From the NCBI GenBank assembly GCA_036374535.1, contig DASUTR010000670.1:1-33657 (forward strand): a DNA stretch of 33,657 nucleotides, given 5' to 3'. Below the pieces are notes generated by a model. The model made no database searches, was not told the origin of the DNA, and saw nothing but the letters and a program-made list of their open reading frames with translations. The translations under genes and the position numbers were made by a program. This stretch comes from Polyangiaceae bacterium. GTDB taxonomy: Bacteria > Myxococcota_A > Polyangia > Polyangiales > Polyangiaceae. The first letter of the stretch is position 1, and every line of letters starts with the position of its first letter. Positions 29,699 through 33,657 of this stretch are shown here, piece after piece.

Positions 29699-32047
29699 TC
29701 AGTGCGTGCTCTTCGCCGAGCGGCCGCTCACCGTTTTGTCGCCGTAGCTCTCGCGAATCTCCTCGTCACGCTGCTCCATGTCGTCGACGGGCTCGTCCGC
29801 CGGCGGGAGCTCGATGTCGACGACCGGTGCCATGCCGCCCACGCCCCCGGCGCCGGCTGCCGTCCCGCCGTCCGGAGCACCCATGCGACCCCCGCCGCCG
29901 AACCTCCCGCCCGCGCCGCCGACCGGGCCGGAGCCGGCCATCGGGAAAGCGCCGCCGACCGGTCCGGACCCACCGAACGAGCCGCCGAAGCCGGCGAACG
30001 AACCGCCGAAGCCTCCCGCGCCTGCGGCTCCGCCGGTTCCGCCCGTGTTGCCGCAGGGGTCTTCGACGACGAGCTCGTCGAGAATGGTGGCGAGCGCCCG
30101 GAGCCGCGTGGGAAAGAAGGTGTTTCGCAGCGCCGGCGACGCCTGGAAGCACGACCCTCCTCCCTGACACTCGACCGGAAACTCTTGCACGTGGACGAAG
30201 CCGTTCGACGACGGCGCCACCACGCCCCGTCCGAGTGGCGCTCGGATCGACTCCTCGTGACAGCCGATGCACGAGCCGGCGAACCGTGCGCGGTTCGCGA
30301 TGTCGTCGGCGCTGAGACCCGTTCCGACGATCCGCGCTTCGATCTCTTCCCGGAAGCCTTGGGAGAGCATGCCCGCGTAGTCTTGACTGAGGTCGTTGCG
30401 ACTCTCGGCGTCCTTACAGGCCTGATCGACGACGAAAGACATGAGCGCCGGGTCGTCGGTCAAGACGCCCTCGAGCGCCGTGAGAAAGCTCTGGCGACAC
30501 TCCGGCCCTTGGGGGAACGCGGCTTCCTCGTCCCAAAGCCGTCCGTGCGGCGCTTCCGCCGTAGGGAAGGGGATGGCGCTGAGCTCCTCGCCGTTCTCCG
30601 CGAGCTTGAACTCGCGAAGCGTCCAGGGGCCCTGGTCGAACTGGTTCGTGCGTATCTGTCCGCTTCCCACCGTGATGTTGCGAGCCGTCATGAAGGGTCC
30701 GAAGCCCGCGTCCGCGAGCTCGGGCGAGCCGAACAGGAACGCTTCGGTGAGCCGAAGGCCCCGTTCGAACGGGTCCGAGATGGAGTTCGCGTCTACCCAG
30801 AACCGAGCGAGCGGCTGGCAGCCGGCCGCTCCGAGCGCCGGCCGGGGATTGGGGATTTGCGCTTCGATGATCATGAACATGCGGTTCTGCGCGTTGTTCG
30901 CGAAGATGATGCGTTGCTGGCCGCAGTGCGCGCCGTTCTGCGGCATGAGATCGATGCGATTGACGAACGCCGTCGGGAAGAATTCGCCGATGTTGTCGAA
31001 CTGGAACCGCTCGACGCGATTGCAGTCGATGGGATAGCCGTTGAGCGTCGGCACGCCGTCCGTCGTCTCGTCGCCGCAGTGAACGCCGCCCGCCAGACGA
31101 CCCTGGTCAACGGTCGCGTAGCTGTCGATGATTTGGTGATAGAGGTCGAGCCCGTTCTCGTTCATGCCCTCGTTGCGGCCGAGCGCGTCCAGCACGGAGT
31201 TGAGGTCGAGGCTTCCGAACGCCTGCGTGTTGAGCTCCATCAGCACGCGCTCCGGATCGAGAACGCCGTCGGGCGGCACGCAGACCGAAGGATCTTCGAT
31301 GATGTCGATGCCGACGCGCAGTCGCCCGCGCCGGAAATCGATGACCTCGCCGCCGATCTGGAACGAGTAGATGACGAACGCTTCGTCCCCCCCGAAAAGC
31401 GAGAAGAGCTGTAGGGCGTCGCTCAAGAGGTGCGCTTCCACGCGCGTTCCCCCGTTTCCGGACCCGCTCACGCCGCCCGTGCTCGGCCCACCGCCGCGCC
31501 CCGCCGAGCCGCCGCGCCCCGCCGAGCCGCCGCGTCCCGCCGAGCCGCCGCGTCCGCTGACGCCTCCGGTGCCCGAATCCTCGCCGCCGATTCCGCCGAA
31601 CGGAAACTCGTCGTCGATGGAGCCTTCACCGCCGAACGTGCCGGCAGTACCGGCGGTCGCTCCGGTACCGCCCCGCCCGCCGGTGCCGGTGCCACCCGAG
31701 CCGCCCCCGGTATCGATGCGCTCCATGAACCACCCTTCTTGCAGCGTGACCGCATAACTGCCGGTGAGCAGCATGGCGCGGAGCTCGCGCGCGGTGGGCG
31801 GCTCCTCCTCGCTCGAGAGCACGGCGACGACTTGGCCGGTTCTGATTTCCGTCACCACGAAGAACGCGTCGCGCAAACGGTACACGCGACCCGAAGGCGC
31901 CGTCGCTTCGAGCGCGAGGCTCAATGTGCCGGTATTCTTCGTCTGTTCTCGCGGATCGGAGCGATCCGACGAACAGGCCGCCAACTGAGCGACACCGATT
32001 GCGATCGCAAAGGCAAGTCGCGACCAGACCCTAGTCCTCTTTCCCAT
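29699..32047 (-). CDS. Large lipoprotein with Gly-rich linkers and a single CXXCH (putative mono-haem c) domain
   Basis: MGKRTRVWSRLAFAIAIGVAQLAAC lipobox and GGGGAG RBS; FVNRIDL, WTLREF, SCIGCHE (30257-30271) and FVHV. Confidence 0.8.
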   Translation of the reverse strand: MGKRTRVWSRLAFAIAIGVAQLAACSSDRSDPREQTKNTGTLSLALEATAPSGRVYRLRDAFFVVTEIRTGQVVAVLSSEEEPPTARELRAMLLTGSYAVTLQEGWFMERIDTGGGSGGTGTGGRGGTGATAGTAGTFGGEGSIDDEFPFGGIGGEDSGTGGVSGRGGSAGRGGSAGRGGSAGRGGGPSTGGVSGSGNGGTRVEAHLLSDALQLFSLFGGDEAFVIYSFQIGGEVIDFRRGRLRVGIDIIEDPSVCVPPDGVLDPERVLMELNTQAFGSLDLNSVLDALGRNEGMNENGLDLYHQIIDSYATVDQGRLAGGVHCGDETTDGVPTLNGYPIDCNRVERFQFDNIGEFFPTAFVNRIDLMPQNGAHCGQQRIIFANNAQNRMFMIIEAQIPNPRPALGAAGCQPLARFWVDANSISDPFERGLRLTEAFLFGSPELADAGFGPFMTARNITVGSGQIRTNQFDQGPWTLREFKLAENGEELSAIPFPTAEAPHGRLWDEEAAFPQGPECRQSFLTALEGVLTDDPALMSFVVDQACKDAESRNDLSQDYAGMLSQGFREEIEARIVGTGLSADDIANRARFAGSCIGCHEESIRAPLGRGVVAPSSNGFVHVQEFPVECQGGGSCFQASPALRNTFFPTRLRALATILDELVVEDPCGNTGGTGGAAGAGGFGGSFAGFGGSFGGSGPVGGAFPMAGSGPVGGAGGRFGGGGRMGAPDGGTAAGAGGVGGMAPVVDIELPPADEPVDDMEQRDEEIRESYGDKTVSGRSAKSTH
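31491..31555 (-). repeat. 18-bp tandem repeat x3.6 encoding GRGGSA
   Basis: Plus-strand units CCGCCGCG(C/T)CCCGCCGAG. Confidence 0.9.
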
Positions 32048-32091
32048 TTCGTTTTTCTCCCCGTCCCGGAAGTCGGAACGCGCCACCAATC

Positions 32092-32107
32092 AGCAAACGG
32101 TGTGCCA
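32092..32107 (-). promoter_or_regulatory. Sigma54 (-24/-12) promoter
   Basis: Minus strand TGGCACA-CCGT-TTGCT, essentially consensus, 44 nt upstream of the ATG. Confidence 0.8.
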
Positions 32108-32192
32108 CCCCAGGCTGCGATAAACGCGGGGTACGCAGCGTCGATGTGCCAACGAGTGCCAGCTCTCCGGCGACTCGTTGCGTAGGAGTTTC

Positions 32193-33657
32193 TTAGGGTG
32201 AAGACGCGAGCCAGCGCCGCCACGCGCCGCGAAACGCCGTTTCGAGGTGACGCGCGAAGCGCTCCGCGTTCATGAGCGGCGATTCCCGAAGTCGGCTCCG
32301 AAGTCCGAGCCGGAGCTCGGCCAGACGCTCGAGGTCGCCGGCGAGTGCCTGCGCTCGCGCGACGTATTCTTCCTGCGTTCTCGCGACGAGCTCGGGCAGT
32401 CCGAGGTTCATCGCCTGGGAGAGACCGGCTCGGCCGACGACGGTATCCCCGACGAGCGTCACGACGGGGACGCCCATCCACAACGCGTCGAGGCTCGTCG
32501 TATGGCCGTTGTACGGGAACGTGTCGAGGCACACGTCGATGTCGCGGTAGCCGGCGAGGTATTCCCGCCGCGCGCGCCGCTCGACCATCGTCACGCGCTC
32601 GCTCGCGACGCCATGCCGCGCGAAGGCTTCGAAAAGCCGTGCCTGGCTGGCTCCGGCAGGGGCGAGAAGAACGAGCCTCGACCTCGGGACGGCGCCGAGC
32701 ACGCGCGCCCAGAGCTCGACGACCGCTGCGTTCACTTTGGGAAAGGCGTTCAGGCAGCCGAATGTGACGAACCCGCGCTCCTTCGCGGGCAGATTCCCCG
32801 GTTCCGGCTCGCTCGTTCTCGGGTCGTAGCACCAGAAGGTCTCCGGGAGCTCGAGCGAAGCTTCGGCGTACGCGCCGGGCGGTGCGTCCTTCGGATCGAG
32901 AAAGGGATCCGTGATCCGGTAGTCGATGGCGCTCACCCCGGTCGTGCCCGGATAGGCGAGCCACGTGACGGCAAGCGGCGCAGGCTTCTGGGCAAACGCG
33001 CCGAGCCGCCCGTTCGCCATGTGCATGGTGAGATCGACCAGGATATCGACGCGATCGCTTCGCACGAGCTCGGCGACCGCGTCGTCGCCGAGCGCGACGA
33101 CGTCGCGCCACCCGTCGACCGAGGCACGGATTGCGTCGGTGACGGCGTCGGGGCGCTCGACGCTCGCATAGCAGACGATCTCGAACGACTGGCGATCGTG
33201 GTGCCGGAAGAGCGGGAGAGTGAAGAACGACTGCACGTGCTCCCGGAAATCCGGGGAGACGTAGCCGATGCGGAGTCTGCGCTCGGAACTCCGCTCGTTG
33301 TCGTGAACCGTGCTCGGTCGCGCCGGAGCGTGGCGCGCGGCCCACGCGCGGGCCTCGGCGAGGATTTCGCGAGCCGTCACGCCCGCCGAAAACGCGAGCG
33401 TGTAGACGAGATTGCTGCCGCTCTTCGGGTCGGAGGGAGCGAGCTCGCTCGCGCGGCGGTAGCGAGCGAGCGCCTCGTCGAGCTCTCCGCGCTCGCGCAG
33501 AGCGTTTCCGAGGAAGAAGTGCGCGGCGGCGAGCTCGGGGTCGAGCTCGGTCGCGCGGCGGAGCGCCAGCGTCGCCTCGTCGAGGTCTCCGCGATCGAGC
33601 AGCGTCGCGCCGAGCGCGACGTGGGCCGCGGCCGAATCGGGCGCGAGCGCGAGCATG
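32193..33657 (-). CDS. TPR-repeat GT41 glycosyltransferase (SPINDLY/O-GlcNAc transferase-like), 5' truncated
   Basis: TPRs (AHFFLGNALRERGELDEALARYRRA), RLRIGYVSPDFREH, DILVDL, WLAYPGTTG, FGCLNAFPK and LDTFPYNGHTTSLDALWMGVPVV. Confidence 0.93.
   Translation of the reverse strand, partial: MLALAPDSAAAHVALGATLLDRGDLDEATLALRRATELDPELAAAHFFLGNALRERGELDEALARYRRASELAPSDPKSGSNLVYTLAFSAGVTAREILAEARAWAARHAPARPSTVHDNERSSERRLRIGYVSPDFREHVQSFFTLPLFRHHDRQSFEIVCYASVERPDAVTDAIRASVDGWRDVVALGDDAVAELVRSDRVDILVDLTMHMANGRLGAFAQKPAPLAVTWLAYPGTTGVSAIDYRITDPFLDPKDAPPGAYAEASLELPETFWCYDPRTSEPEPGNLPAKERGFVTFGCLNAFPKVNAAVVELWARVLGAVPRSRLVLLAPAGASQARLFEAFARHGVASERVTMVERRARREYLAGYRDIDVCLDTFPYNGHTTSLDALWMGVPVVTLVGDTVVGRAGLSQAMNLGLPELVARTQEEYVARAQALAGDLERLAELRLGLRSRLRESPLMNAERFARHLETAFRGAWRRWLASSP

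Noticed and set aside
29489-31414. 641-aa plus-strand ORF
   Set aside because: Antisense shadow of the CXXCH lipoprotein gene.

Overview
High-GC bacterial chromosomal segment. Gene content, sigma54 promoters and the many Gly/Cys-rich lipoproteins suggest Myxococcota, probably Polyangiales (inference). Left half is mostly housekeeping: murB (truncated at the edge), GDPD, a DHH phosphoesterase, dprA-topA-trmFO and bifunctional rel/relA. It also holds an unusual 3-gene unit: a HARE-HTH/acidic/Arg-Gly-Glu-repeat/Mrr-fold protein lacking its nuclease motif, a LolB/DUF4292-like lipoprotein, and an agmatinase homologue missing most metal and catalytic residues. A ~116-bp palindromic element built from CGCCAAG units follows relA. 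The right half carries a lipoprotein/permuted NlpC-P60/metallophosphoesterase cluster, a USP with a Cys/His tail, Gfo/Idh/MocA, MarR and Cys-rich CWC genes, and an ArsR-methyltransferase regulator plus metH. It ends with a sigma54-controlled envelope cluster (mono-haem CXXCH lipoprotein, lipoprotein, beta-barrel) and a 5'-truncated TPR/GT41 (SPINDLY/OGT-like) glycosyltransferase. No tRNA, rRNA, CRISPR array, transposase or phage gene was seen. Family calls come from motif recognition by eye, not database searches.
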